Shown one piece after another: positions 16,510 through 25,458 of a DNA stretch of 64,000 bases. The stretch is from an uncultured Methanosarcinales archaeon (GTDB lineage Archaea > Nanobdellota > Nanobdellia > Woesearchaeales > ARS49). Numbering within the stretch: the first letter of the stretch is position 1; every line of letters begins with the position of its first letter. Made by a program: the position numbers and the translations under genes. The stretch is from positions 1,858 to 65,857 of the forward strand of contig CAYGVI010000005.1 of NCBI GenBank assembly GCA_964353335.1, in the 5' to 3' direction. The notes below the pieces were generated by a model. It did not search any database, was not told the origin of the DNA, and saw only the letters and a program-made list of their open reading frames with translations.

Positions 16510-18531
16510 TCACCTTACTGTTGCATTGTCTCCTATCTGGACTGAGATTTCTTCTGTTTTTGTCTTCAGGGGCTTGTCCTTGTAGACTGCCTTGCAGGAT
16601 TTTGTTGTTATCTTTACCTTTGCAAAGTCATCAATTGTTATTTCGTCGTGCTCGCAGGGCATTCCTTCGACATAAACATCAGAGCCAGGGGCAGAATTTG
16701 GCGCCTCAAGCACTTTTACTTCGTTTCCAACCTGCGCAGCGAGAAGCATTCCCTTGCTTTCAATGCCTCTCAGCACTGCCGGCTTGAGGTTTGAAACAAT
16801 TACAAGGTGCTTTCCAACAAGCTGGTCTGCAGAATAATAAGCGCGAAGACCTGCAACCAACTGCCTTTGTTCTGTTCCAAGGTCAATCTTGAGCACAAAT
16901 AACTTGTCAGCGTTCGGGTGCGGTTTTGCCTCAATTACTTTTGCAACCCTTAACGCGAGCTTTCTGAATGGCTCAATATCAGTGACTTTCTCAGGCGGTG
17001 TCTGCCCTGCCTCGTTTGGCTTTTGAACAGCAGTGTCAAGCTTTTTGAAAAGTATTTCCGGCTGCAATAATATTCCTTTTGTTGAGCGCTTGAACTTTGC
17101 TTTTTTGAAGTTGCCCAGCTTCTGACCGAGCTGTTTGCTGATGTTTTCAGCTGTTGCAGGGATAAATGGCCAGGTGAGTACACTCGCAAGGCGCAATGAT
17201 TCAACAACAACATACAAAACTGTTGCAAGGCGCTGCTGGTCTGTCAGTTTCCACGGCTCTGAGTCATTCACATACTTGTTGCAGGCGTGCAGGAATGTCC
17301 AGACTGTTTCAACAGCGCGGTTCCACTCGTATTTCTGCATCAATGCATTTGCTTCTTCAAGCACTTTGTTTGCGTGTTCAATGAGCAATTTATCCTCTTT
17401 TGTGAATTTGCCTGGCTTTGGAATCTGCCCTTGGAAATTCTTGTGAACGAGAACAGAAGTTCTTTGCAAAAGGTTGCCAAGCGTGTCTCCTAATTCAGAG
17501 TTTGCCCGCGCAATCAATGATTCCTCGCTGAAATCTCCGTCATTTCCTGCCGGAATTTCGCGCAAGAGAAATAATCTGAGTGCGTCTGCTCCGTATTTGT
17601 CAACAAGCCGGATTGGGTCAACAACTGTTCCTGTGCTTTTTGACATTTTTTCCCCGCCTGTCAAAACCCAACCATGAGTGTGGATTGTTTTTGGCAGCGG
17701 CAGTCCGATTGCCTGCAGTATTGCAGGCCAGATTATGACGTGGAACCATGCAATGTCTTTTCCTATGACATGCACATTCGCAGGCCAGTATTTTTTGAAT
17801 TTCTTTCCGTCAGGATATCCAAGAGCGGAAATATAATTTAGCAAAGCGTCAAACCAGACATAAATCACATGAGACTTGTCGTTTGGAAGCTTAATTCCCC
17901 ACTTCAATGTTTTTCTGCTGACGCTCAAATCCTTTAGCCCTTCTTTCAAGCGGTTGACTATCTCGTTTTTCCTTGATTCAGGCAGGCAGAATTCAGGATG
18001 GGACTCAAAATGCTTCAGGAGAAAGTCCTGGAACTGTGACAATCTGAAAAAGTATGATTCTTCGCTGATTTTTTCAGGCGCTTTCTGGTGCACAGGGCAC
18101 ACTCCGCCAACCAAATCCTTTTCTGTATAGAATGCCTCGCAGCCAGAGCAGTACAAGCCGTCATAAGTTCCCTTGTAAATCAATCCCTTGTCAAGAACGC
18201 TTTGGAAAATGCTTTGGCAGATTTTTTTGTGCTTGCCAGAGCTTGTCCTGATAAAGTCATTGTTGCAGATATTGAGCTTCTTCAATAATTCCTGGAAGCA
18301 GACAACAAGTTCATCAACAAACTGCTTTGGCTTTTTTCCCTGCGACAAAGCTGTTTTTTCAACCTTTGAACCGTGCTCATCAGTGCCTGTCAGGAAATAA
18401 ACATCCTCGCCAAGCTGTTTGTGCCATCGCGCGAGAGCGTCAGCTATTATTTTCTCATAAGCGTGCCCAATGTGCGGCTTTGCATTTGTGTAATCAATAG
18501 CCGTTGTGATGTAAAACGGTTGCTTTGCCAT
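16510..18531 (-). CDS. metG: methionyl-tRNA synthetase with a C-terminal tRNA-binding (Trbp111/EMAP-like) domain
   Basis: HIGH motif (HIGHAYE), KMSKS motif, zinc knuckle CSGCEAF...CPVH, C-terminal LRVAKVIEAKPHPNADKLFVLKIDLG. Confidence 0.95.
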   Translation of the reverse strand: MAKQPFYITTAIDYTNAKPHIGHAYEKIIADALARWHKQLGEDVYFLTGTDEHGSKVEKTALSQGKKPKQFVDELVVCFQELLKKLNICNNDFIRTSSGKHKKICQSIFQSVLDKGLIYKGTYDGLYCSGCEAFYTEKDLVGGVCPVHQKAPEKISEESYFFRLSQFQDFLLKHFESHPEFCLPESRKNEIVNRLKEGLKDLSVSRKTLKWGIKLPNDKSHVIYVWFDALLNYISALGYPDGKKFKKYWPANVHVIGKDIAWFHVIIWPAILQAIGLPLPKTIHTHGWVLTGGEKMSKSTGTVVDPIRLVDKYGADALRLFLLREIPAGNDGDFSEESLIARANSELGDTLGNLLQRTSVLVHKNFQGQIPKPGKFTKEDKLLIEHANKVLEEANALMQKYEWNRAVETVWTFLHACNKYVNDSEPWKLTDQQRLATVLYVVVESLRLASVLTWPFIPATAENISKQLGQKLGNFKKAKFKRSTKGILLQPEILFKKLDTAVQKPNEAGQTPPEKVTDIEPFRKLALRVAKVIEAKPHPNADKLFVLKIDLGTEQRQLVAGLRAYYSADQLVGKHLVIVSNLKPAVLRGIESKGMLLAAQVGNEVKVLEAPNSAPGSDVYVEGMPCEHDEITIDDFAKVKITTKSCKAVYKDKPLKTKTEEISVQIGDNATVR

Positions 18532-18554
18532 ACCTAGAAAGCGTTTGGGGATAG

Positions 18555-18562
18555 TATATAAA
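18555..18562 (-). promoter_or_regulatory. TATA box for metG
   Basis: The minus strand reads tttatata, 24 nt upstream of the metG ATG (18531). Confidence 0.45.
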
Positions 18563-18591
18563 GATTACCCGTTGGGCACGGAAAACAAAGC

Positions 18592-18601
18592 TTTATAAAT
18601 A
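18592..18601 (+). promoter_or_regulatory. TATA box (tttataaata) for 18623 ORF
   Basis: Preceded by aaagc. The ATG at 18623 lies 22 nt downstream. Confidence 0.4.
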
Positions 18602-18622
18602 TTTAACTACTAGACAGTGATT

Positions 18623-18862
18623 ATGGAAGCAATAAAATTCGGCGACATTGAATCCGCAAGATTTGTTTACAACAGGGTCAGGGGGCATTACAAGGCGATA
18701 GGCGCCACGCACGAAGGAGTCAGTGCAAGGGGCCAGGTTATTTTTGTTAGAGACAACGTCTTGCAAACCCACCTGCCGATAGTTTTGTATTATGCAAATC
18801 ACATAGACGCAAGATTTAAGAGACAAACAGTTGATGATAAAGTCACTTCATCTTCTTTGTAA
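18623..18862 (+). CDS. hypothetical protein, 79 aa
   Basis: Chosen over the antisense ORF 18593..18826 because a consensus TATA box sits at leaderless distance. It overlaps the 3' end of 18843..19256 by 20 nt. Confidence 0.3.
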   Translation: MEAIKFGDIESARFVYNRVRGHYKAIGATHEGVSARGQVIFVRDNVLQTHLPIVLYYANHIDARFKRQTVDDKVTSSSL

Positions 18863-19256
18863 CTGCAATCTGTTGCCCGCACTTGGGGCAGTTGAAGATT
18901 AATGCGTCTGCCTTGACTTCCTTGTTTTCTTCCGCGTCAAACAGCTTGACTTTTTTGCGCTTGAAAGGCATTTGGTGGTCTCCTGAGAATCCGCATTTCG
19001 GGCACGTGTACTGGATGTTCGCGGTCAATGTATCTTCGTATGCCTGCTTTTCCATTGTGAATCCGCAGGCAGAACATGTATATTCTTTTGCGCGGATTTT
19101 TACCTTGCCGTCGCTTCCTTTTGGCTTGCCCATCATTGCTTTCTTGCACTTGGGGCATTTTTCCTTTGATACCCACGCGACAACATTGGGCTTTGAGCGC
19201 CTTGTGAAGTAAATGCACTCTTCAACCGAGTCAGGCATTTTGAGAGCCATAAACAA
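18843..19256 (-). CDS. multi-zinc-ribbon protein
   Basis: Four CxxC pairs (CPKCKK, CSACGF, CPKCGF, CPKCGQ) give at least two zinc ribbons. No family assigned. Confidence 0.6.
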   Translation of the reverse strand: MFMALKMPDSVEECIYFTRRSKPNVVAWVSKEKCPKCKKAMMGKPKGSDGKVKIRAKEYTCSACGFTMEKQAYEDTLTANIQYTCPKCGFSGDHQMPFKRKKVKLFDAEENKEVKADALIFNCPKCGQQIAVTKKMK

Positions 19257-19274
19257 AGAACTTGCAGAACTGTA

Positions 19275-19679
19275 TTAAATAGTTTTCCCTTTGCCAAATA
19301 GGCCCCTTCTAAGAACCCCTGCGAATTCTTGATTCTTTTCTGGAGGGATTTCAAGGTCTTTTATCTGCCAGAGTATAAGGTTGTCAATTGAGTTGCCTGG
19401 CATTTGCGTAGTTGCCTGCCACCTGAAAGGCGGCTTCATTCCTGCGCGCGCATAAATCTCCCTAATCTGCATATAGCCGTCTTCGCGGATTTCAACCGGC
19501 GCAGAATCTATCAGCGGGCTGTATTCTGTGCGCAGGACAATGCACCTGCCTGCTGCGCGCTCTTCAAGTGACGCGTGCAGTTCGCATTTAATCATGTCCC
19601 TAATGCACTGCGGAACATAAACCGCGCCATTTTTCCCAAGAGTTGCATCCTGTGACGTTATGTACTCTGTCATATGCAC
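19275..19679 (-). CDS. hypothetical protein, 134 aa
   Basis: ATG ORF 18 nt upstream of the zinc-ribbon gene on the same strand. Confidence 0.5.
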   Translation of the reverse strand: MHMTEYITSQDATLGKNGAVYVPQCIRDMIKCELHASLEERAAGRCIVLRTEYSPLIDSAPVEIREDGYMQIREIYARAGMKPPFRWQATTQMPGNSIDNLILWQIKDLEIPPEKNQEFAGVLRRGLFGKGKTI

Positions 19680-19696
19680 GACAAAAAAGGCAGGGC

Positions 19697-19705
19697 TTTA
19701 TAAAT
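19697..19705 (+). promoter_or_regulatory. TATA box (tttataaat) for the methyltransferase gene
   Basis: 22 nt upstream of the ATG at 19727. Confidence 0.45.
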
Positions 19706-19726
19706 CACCCTCTCTTCCTGAAATTC

Positions 19727-20206
19727 ATGGCATACTACGCAGGAATCTCAAAGGGCTATGAGGAACTGCACAAGGAAGAGCAATTGGGAAAGCTAAGGCA
19801 GGTCATTGAAAGGCTGCCTTACAATAAGACAGACAAAATTTTGGACATCGGATGCGGAACAGGATTGAGCTCTTTGCTGTTCAACTGCCAGAAATTCGGG
19901 GTTGACCCCACATTTGAATTATTGGAGCAGGCAAAGCCAAGGCTTCCTGTTGCGCAGGGAGTGGCAGAGCATTTGCCGTTCAAGGACAACTCATTTGACA
20001 TTGTAATCTGTTTGACAGCTTTGCACAATTTCACAGACCCATTACGGGGTTTGCTTGAGATGAAGCGCGTTGGCATGGGAAAGTTTGCAATCTCAATCCT
20101 GAAAAGGGCAAAAGAGTGCGACAACCTGATGAAAATGGTCAGCCAGACTTTCAAAGTGAAGGAAATGCTCGAAGACCCAAAGGACTTTATCCTGTTCTGT
20201 GAGTAA
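19727..20206 (+). CDS. class I SAM-dependent methyltransferase
   Basis: Motif I ILDIGCGTGLSS and post-I FGVDP. The ATG at 19727 was chosen from the TATA spacing and because it avoids overlap with 19275..19679. Confidence 0.8.
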   Translation: MAYYAGISKGYEELHKEEQLGKLRQVIERLPYNKTDKILDIGCGTGLSSLLFNCQKFGVDPTFELLEQAKPRLPVAQGVAEHLPFKDNSFDIVICLTALHNFTDPLRGLLEMKRVGMGKFAISILKRAKECDNLMKMVSQTFKVKEMLEDPKDFILFCE

Positions 20207-20238
20207 TATTTATATAACAAAACAGGTCTGGCAGTCTC

Positions 20239-21012
20239 ATGGCAGGATTTTTCAAGGAACTGGCTGAGTCATTCATGCCCTCGCACTGGGATGAGATAAG
20301 CCAGAGGTCAGCCAGCCAAGGAATTTCGTTCTTCACAAAAGTGCTTTTGCTTGCTTTCCTCGTGATGATACTGCTCGCAATTCCCTCGATGATAAAGCTG
20401 CCTGCGACAATCAGCGAGCAGTTGAACAAGTTTGACACAATCCAGCTGTCAGGCGATTTCAACATGAGCTCGCCGATAAAACTGCCAAAGTCAGACCCTT
20501 ACTTTGTCTTTGACACAAGCGGCGCATTCACAGAGCTGACAACAGAGCGCATCCTGATTACAGAGGACAAGATATTTTACAGGCCCTTGTTCGGCACGCA
20601 TTATGTCAACACAGAGCAGCTGAAAGACTTAAAGCACAACCGCGACAATGTCAAAAGGTTCCTCGCAGCGCTTGTGTTCTTTGTACTGCCTTCAATATTA
20701 TTTTACGCATTTGTGACTGTGTGGCTGAAATACTTCCTTATGATTCTCACGCTGTCAATAATACTGTTTGTCCTGCTTGACCTGACGCACTGGCGCAGGA
20801 CCTGGAAAGAGCTTTTCCTGGCTGCATGTTATGTGTCAACAGTGCCTGTTTTCGCAGAGGTAATTGTGGGCGCGATTAATTCAAAACTGCTGGTTCCAAT
20901 CGTGAGCATCGCAGGGCTTGTCCAATTGTATCTTGCCCCGGCAGTGATTCTTTGCGTGCTCGCAATCGGCGCAGCAATGTGCGTGTATTCCAACAAGGAA
21001 GAAGAGAAATGA
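20239..21012 (+). CDS. polytopic membrane protein, unknown function
   Basis: Several long hydrophobic segments. Its stop overlaps the next start (ATGA). Confidence 0.6.
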   Translation: MAGFFKELAESFMPSHWDEISQRSASQGISFFTKVLLLAFLVMILLAIPSMIKLPATISEQLNKFDTIQLSGDFNMSSPIKLPKSDPYFVFDTSGAFTELTTERILITEDKIFYRPLFGTHYVNTEQLKDLKHNRDNVKRFLAALVFFVLPSILFYAFVTVWLKYFLMILTLSIILFVLLDLTHWRRTWKELFLAACYVSTVPVFAEVIVGAINSKLLVPIVSIAGLVQLYLAPAVILCVLAIGAAMCVYSNKEEEK

Positions 21013-21503
21013 TATACAACCCAAGGCAGACAGTTCTTGTTTCGTGCAGGGGGACTTTTCACCACCTTGGCAGGGATGAGGAAATAGAGGACATTCTTCC
21101 ATTGGACTGGCACTCGCCTGCCTCAGAAGTGCCGAAAAAATATTTGATTCTTGTCAGCAAAAAAGCAGCTGCTTTGACATTAATCCAGAATTCAAAGGCG
21201 TTTGTTGTCAACTTCATGCCATTTTCGCACACAGACCACATTGTGAAGGCAGGGATGCTTCACGGCGCATTCCACGACAAGTTTGCAGCCACAGGGCTTG
21301 AGCGCGCTGCTTGCGAGCACCTTCCTGACACTCCGCGCATCAAGGACGCTGTTGCCTGGCTTGAGTGCCGTGTTGAAGGCGAGTTTGATATTGGAGACCA
21401 CGTGCTGTTTCTCGGCGAAATCCTTCACGAGGAAGAAACGCATTCTGATGCCAAAAGGCCGTTCCACATTGACGGCACACAGTTCACAACAACAAGAGAC
21501 TAA
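21009..21503 (+). CDS. flavin reductase-like (FMN-binding split barrel) protein
   Basis: RQTVLVSCRG...VVNF...DHVLFLGEI is typical of Flavin_Reduct domains. The ATG at 21009 is coupled to the upstream stop. Confidence 0.7.
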   Translation: MIYNPRQTVLVSCRGTFHHLGRDEEIEDILPLDWHSPASEVPKKYLILVSKKAAALTLIQNSKAFVVNFMPFSHTDHIVKAGMLHGAFHDKFAATGLERAACEHLPDTPRIKDAVAWLECRVEGEFDIGDHVLFLGEILHEEETHSDAKRPFHIDGTQFTTTRD

Positions 21504-21556
21504 TAATATACTGTGACACACAAAATATTATATAGTATTCTAATAAGGCAGGGTGT

Positions 21557-21994
21557 ATGGTTGATGATGAACGCATAGACCCTGAAGCTGCTGGCAGGAT
21601 AAGCCAGCTCGCTAAGAACCTGAAAGACCTGCATCTTGCCACATCAGCAGAAGAGGCGTACGCGAGGGCAAAGGAAATAATTCTCGGCACTGCAACACAG
21701 GGACAGGAGAAATCAATAAAGGAGCTGATGACAGAGGCAGGAGTCACACAGCAGGATTTGCAAAAAGCAAAGGAGCTTCTCAAGCAGGAAGAGGAGGAGC
21801 TCAGCAAGCTCAAGAAAGAACTCACTGACCTCAAGGCAAAGCAGATTGAGGAGACAATGCACCACGGCGAGCACGTCAGCGAGACAGAAAAGCTTGACGA
21901 GGAATTAATAGAGGAAGAGCACGATATCGGGGTTGTCGAGGAAAACGTGGAAGTCGCAGAGGAAGTCCAGAAAGAACCCAAAGACGGCAAATAA
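21557..21994 (+). CDS. acidic coiled-coil protein
   Basis: E/K-rich heptad-like sequence. No motif recognised. Confidence 0.5.
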   Translation: MVDDERIDPEAAGRISQLAKNLKDLHLATSAEEAYARAKEIILGTATQGQEKSIKELMTEAGVTQQDLQKAKELLKQEEEELSKLKKELTDLKAKQIEETMHHGEHVSETEKLDEELIEEEHDIGVVEENVEVAEEVQKEPKDGK

Positions 21995-22065
21995 ACCCCA
22001 ACCTTTATATTCTACGGCATACACTATGCGAAATAGAGTTTACAGTGGTCATAAAAGCATAAGCT

Positions 22066-22075
22066 TTATAAATAA
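22066..22075 (+). promoter_or_regulatory. TATA box (aagc-tttataaata)
   Basis: About 55 nt upstream of the ATG at 22130. GGGGTGG lies before the start, so this mRNA probably has a leader. Confidence 0.4.
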
Positions 22076-22129
22076 TGTGACTACTCTACACTCATAACAA
22101 ACCAATACTCAAGTGGGGTGGCAATAAAA

Positions 22130-23551
22130 ATGAACAAATTTGCAACAATGATTGCATTGGTCGCCATGTTTGTGCTCGCTGCTGTAAGCGTTTCTGCGCT
22201 GCAGCTTGGCGCGGCTACAATCGGCGGCGAGAACCAGGACCGTATCAAGAACGTGTCCACAACTTTCACCGTAACTAACAACGAAACAAGCGCTGTTTCT
22301 GTCTCGTTCGCATCAAGTGCGGACAGCAAATACAACGTTCGCTTTGAACCTGCGACTGTCACCCTTACTGCAGGCCAGATCCAGAGCGTTAAGGCAATTG
22401 CAGACATCCCGCTTGATTTCAATGCTGTTGACACAGTAAAGAGCTCAGCTGATTACCTGAATCCGGTCGCATTCAAGATTGGCGACATACAGGCAAAGGT
22501 CAGCACAACTGTTATTGCAACTTCTGATTTGAAGATGCAGGCAGTTAACCAGCTCGAGATAAAGAAAGCCCGCATCGACTGCGACGGCAAGACAAAGACA
22601 TTGGACGACGGCGACAAGATGGAAGATTTGAAGCCGGACACAACTTGCTCGCTTGAAATCGAAGCAGAGAACAACTTTGCAGCAGACGATGATGAGGACG
22701 ATGCAGGCAATGAACTCAAGACAGGCGACATCGAATTCAACACAGTCACTGCAAGGGCAGTCATTGACGACTCCAGCTTTGACCTTGATGAGGACATGGA
22801 CATGGACGGCCTAAGCGCAGATGACACTGATGCAGTCACAATGGACTTTGACATTGCAGAGGACGTTGATGACGGAACTTACACGATGTCAATCACTTTG
22901 ATAGGCAAGGATGACAATGGCGCATACCACGGAGAGATACGCGAAGTCCGAATGGACGTTGTCAAGCTCTCGCACGACATCCAGATACGCGGCCCGTCGC
23001 TTTCGCCTACCTCAGTCAGCGCATGCGATGGCGGAACAATCCGCATTATCTCGCGCATTGCCAACTTCGGCAAGCGCGATGAGAACGACGTTGCTGTCGA
23101 GCTCAGCGTTCCTGACCTGAAATTCACAAAGCGCATTGACCAGATGGAGCTTGATGCTGATGACAGCACTTCAGTCAACTTTGTTGTTGATGTGCCTGCA
23201 AAGGCAAAGCCAGGCATCTACCGCGCGACAATAAGCACATTCTTCGGCGGCACTGCACCGAGCAACTCCCAAGCATTGGAGTTCACGGTTGACAAGTGCG
23301 ACGTGGCTGAAGTTGTTGTTGTCACACCGGTTCAGCAGAACGCAACAGTAACACCGCAGACAGGCGCACAGCCGTCAACACCTGCAGGCAGTGCAGTCGC
23401 AGTGCCTCGCGCACGCGTTGTCAGCTCAGGAAGCTTCACCGAGGGCGCAGGATACCTGTGGCTTTTGGGCGGAGTGGGCGTCGTGTTGCTGATAATCATT
23501 GTGATTTTGCTGTTCGTTGCCTTCCGCAGGCCAAGAACAGACGTGCTGTAA
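22130..23551 (+). CDS. cell-surface protein with a C-terminal membrane anchor (CARDB/S-layer-like)
   Basis: Signal peptide MNKFATMIALVAMFVLAAVSVSA, an acidic D-rich middle region, a CARDB-like segment (RIANFGKRDENDVAVELSVPD) and a C-terminal TM followed by basic residues (RRPR). Confidence 0.65.
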   Translation: MNKFATMIALVAMFVLAAVSVSALQLGAATIGGENQDRIKNVSTTFTVTNNETSAVSVSFASSADSKYNVRFEPATVTLTAGQIQSVKAIADIPLDFNAVDTVKSSADYLNPVAFKIGDIQAKVSTTVIATSDLKMQAVNQLEIKKARIDCDGKTKTLDDGDKMEDLKPDTTCSLEIEAENNFAADDDEDDAGNELKTGDIEFNTVTARAVIDDSSFDLDEDMDMDGLSADDTDAVTMDFDIAEDVDDGTYTMSITLIGKDDNGAYHGEIREVRMDVVKLSHDIQIRGPSLSPTSVSACDGGTIRIISRIANFGKRDENDVAVELSVPDLKFTKRIDQMELDADDSTSVNFVVDVPAKAKPGIYRATISTFFGGTAPSNSQALEFTVDKCDVAEVVVVTPVQQNATVTPQTGAQPSTPAGSAVAVPRARVVSSGSFTEGAGYLWLLGGVGVVLLIIIVILLFVAFRRPRTDVL

Positions 23552-23562
23552 AAAGCACGTAA

Positions 23563-23600
23563 TTTTTTGTTTTTTCCGCGTTTTTCTCGATTTTTCTCGA
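23563..23600 (+). terminator. oligo-T terminator region
   Basis: T-runs (ttttttgtttttt, then tttttctcga twice) start 12 nt after the stop, preceded by the short hairpin cgtgc/gcacg. Confidence 0.4.
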
Positions 23601-23750
23601 ATTTCTTTCGACGTCTTCGCATTCTTTCCGGCTGTTTTTAAGCCATTTTGAAAGGGTTCCGGCTGGGCTGTAGTTTCTTGCGGTTCCGTCGGAAAAACAG
23701 CTGGTTTTGAACCAAAACGCACTTTAAAACAGGTTCATTACCTGCTCTGC

Positions 23751-24902
23751 ATGAGACTTGTTTTGTGGATTTTGGCTTTGCTTGCGCTCCTGAATGCTGC
23801 GCAGGCATCTGTTGTGGTATCACAGGTGCTTTACGACCCGATTAACACTGAATCAGGAGGAGAGGCTGTGGAGCTGCGCAATGATGGCAGTTCTGCTGTA
23901 AACATCAGCAAATGGGTATTGGCAACAGAATCAACTCCTAATGACGCGGTAATACCTGAGAGCACGTTTCTTGAGCCTGGCAAAACATATCTTATCGCAG
24001 ACAAGGGATGGGATTCATCAAAGGACAATCCTGCGTGGAAAGTTGCAGACCTTGAGGAGATAATAACAATGGCAAATGCAGACTCAGGAATCGCAATCAA
24101 GGATGCCTCTGGCGCTGTGATTGACGCAGTTGGCTGGGGAAAGGCAGAAAACATCAAGGCAGGATTGTTTGAAGGAACTCCTGCTCAGCTAGTAAAAGAA
24201 GGAAAAGCCCTTGTGAGAAAGCAGGACACAAATAACAATATCGCTGATTTTATTGAGGGAGAGCCTGATTTCCTCTCAGGCGAAATTGTGACAATAATCG
24301 TGAATGTCACAAATGGTTCTATCACCAATTTGACCACCCTTCCTCTTGGTGCAGCGCTGAACGATGATGACAGCGCAGAGCAGGGCGTGCAGCTCAAACC
24401 AGTGGCAGGAGGCACGCGGGCGTTGCACCTTGAGGCTTATTACAATGGGACGCGGGTGAGCGCTGGCTGGTTTGGAAAAAGCGTTGAGCTTGTGAAAGAT
24501 GGAAATGTTTGGAAGGGCGAACTGCCTTTGGAATATTGGTATTCTGCAGGAGCCCAGCAGATTGTCGTTAATGCAGATTCCCAGAGCACGTCAATCCCTG
24601 TGACAATACTTGAGCTGAGGTCTGCGAGGATTGAGACAAAGACAGTGCTGTTGAAAGCTTCGCCTGGCAGGACAGCTGAGGGTGAAATAAGGGTGAAGAA
24701 CGAGGGCAATGTCGCTGTTGATGTTTCGTGGACAGGCAATGACCTTGTGTTTGGCAACAGGACAATACCCTCTTCAAACCTTCAGCTTGCTGCTGCGAAT
24801 GTAAAGCCTGCTGAGACAAAAAGCATCACTGTTGCCCTCAGTGTGCCTGAAAGCGCTGTTCCTGGAGAGTATCGGGCTATTGTGCGGATGAATGAGGGCT
24901 AG
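23751..24902 (+). CDS. secreted lamin-tail-domain (LTD) protein
   Basis: Signal peptide. VVVSQVLYDPINTESGGEAVELRNDGSSAVNISKWVL matches the LTD signature (I-S-E-V-x-Y-x-P...E-x-V-E-L-x-N...L-x-G-W). Confidence 0.65.
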   Translation: MRLVLWILALLALLNAAQASVVVSQVLYDPINTESGGEAVELRNDGSSAVNISKWVLATESTPNDAVIPESTFLEPGKTYLIADKGWDSSKDNPAWKVADLEEIITMANADSGIAIKDASGAVIDAVGWGKAENIKAGLFEGTPAQLVKEGKALVRKQDTNNNIADFIEGEPDFLSGEIVTIIVNVTNGSITNLTTLPLGAALNDDDSAEQGVQLKPVAGGTRALHLEAYYNGTRVSAGWFGKSVELVKDGNVWKGELPLEYWYSAGAQQIVVNADSQSTSIPVTILELRSARIETKTVLLKASPGRTAEGEIRVKNEGNVAVDVSWTGNDLVFGNRTIPSSNLQLAAANVKPAETKSITVALSVPESAVPGEYRAIVRMNEG

Positions 24903-24926
24903 CAAAAGCTTAAATAGGTGAAAACA

Positions 24927-25088
24927 ATGAGAAAACACATGGCATCCATCCTGAACAGAAAAATTTATGTTAAGCTGGACTACCCTGTAAAGCCAATACC
25001 CGGGCGCGTTGTTATTGATGAAAAAAGCGACACGCCAGGGCTTCTAAAGGACGTCTGGAAAAAGTTCGGGTGGAGCAAAAATGGCTGA
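24927..25088 (+). CDS. small ORF, 53 aa (below the track cutoff)
   Basis: AGGTG lies 8 nt upstream of the ATG. Its stop overlaps the next ATG (ATGGCTGA). Hand translation begins MRKHMASILNRKIYVKLDYPVKPIPGRVVIDEK. Confidence 0.3.
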   Translation: MRKHMASILNRKIYVKLDYPVKPIPGRVVIDEKSDTPGLLKDVWKKFGWSKNG

Positions 25089-25269
25089 AGAAGTCGGCTT
25101 TATCCTAACAATAAGGGCAAACCAGAATCCTGACGGCACACTCGCAGGCTATGCTGTGCAAAGCGAGGATTACGGGCTTGGCAAGGAAGCAGTGTTAACA
25201 CTTGCCAGAAACTGGCTGAGAATGGTTGAAGACACTTATCACGAAAAATTCAAAGGCAAGCCTGACTGA
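25081..25269 (+). CDS. small ORF, 62 aa
   Basis: Translationally coupled to the preceding small ORF. No motif recognised. Confidence 0.35.
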   Translation: MAEEVGFILTIRANQNPDGTLAGYAVQSEDYGLGKEAVLTLARNWLRMVEDTYHEKFKGKPD

Positions 25270-25272
25270 GAA

Positions 25273-25398
25273 TTACTTCCGGTTCCTAAACGAAACTAGG
25301 CAAGAATTTTTTATCCAGCAGCTTGTGCACTGCGGATGCGTTTCGTAGTGCTTGCCGAAGCAAGGGTCTTCTGCAAGCTTAATCATCTTCACGTCCAT
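25273..25398 (-). CDS. possible 41-aa Cys-containing ORF
   Basis: Hand translation gives MDVKMIKLAEDPCFGKHYETHPQCTSCWIKNSCLVSFRNRK. The only support is an open frame in an otherwise empty gap. Confidence 0.2.
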   Translation of the reverse strand: MDVKMIKLAEDPCFGKHYETHPQCTSCWIKNSCLVSFRNRK

Positions 25399-25458
25399 TT
25401 CGGTATTGATATATTCTAACTATTTAAAGGTTTCGGGGAATTTATAATTTATATAAAA

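Noticed and set aside
18593-18826. 77-aa minus-strand ORF opposite 18623..18862
   Set aside because: No TATA or SD in the right place. The plus-strand alternative has a consensus TATA at leaderless distance. Both remain low confidence.
21484-21990. 168-aa Ser-rich minus-strand ORF
   Set aside because: It is the antisense shadow of the E/K-rich gene 21557..21994 (GAA/GAG repeats read as Ser/Phe/Leu). It has no start context.
23582-23601. Tandem tttttctcga x2
   Set aside because: There are only two short copies, and they lie within a T-rich terminator region. No further structure.
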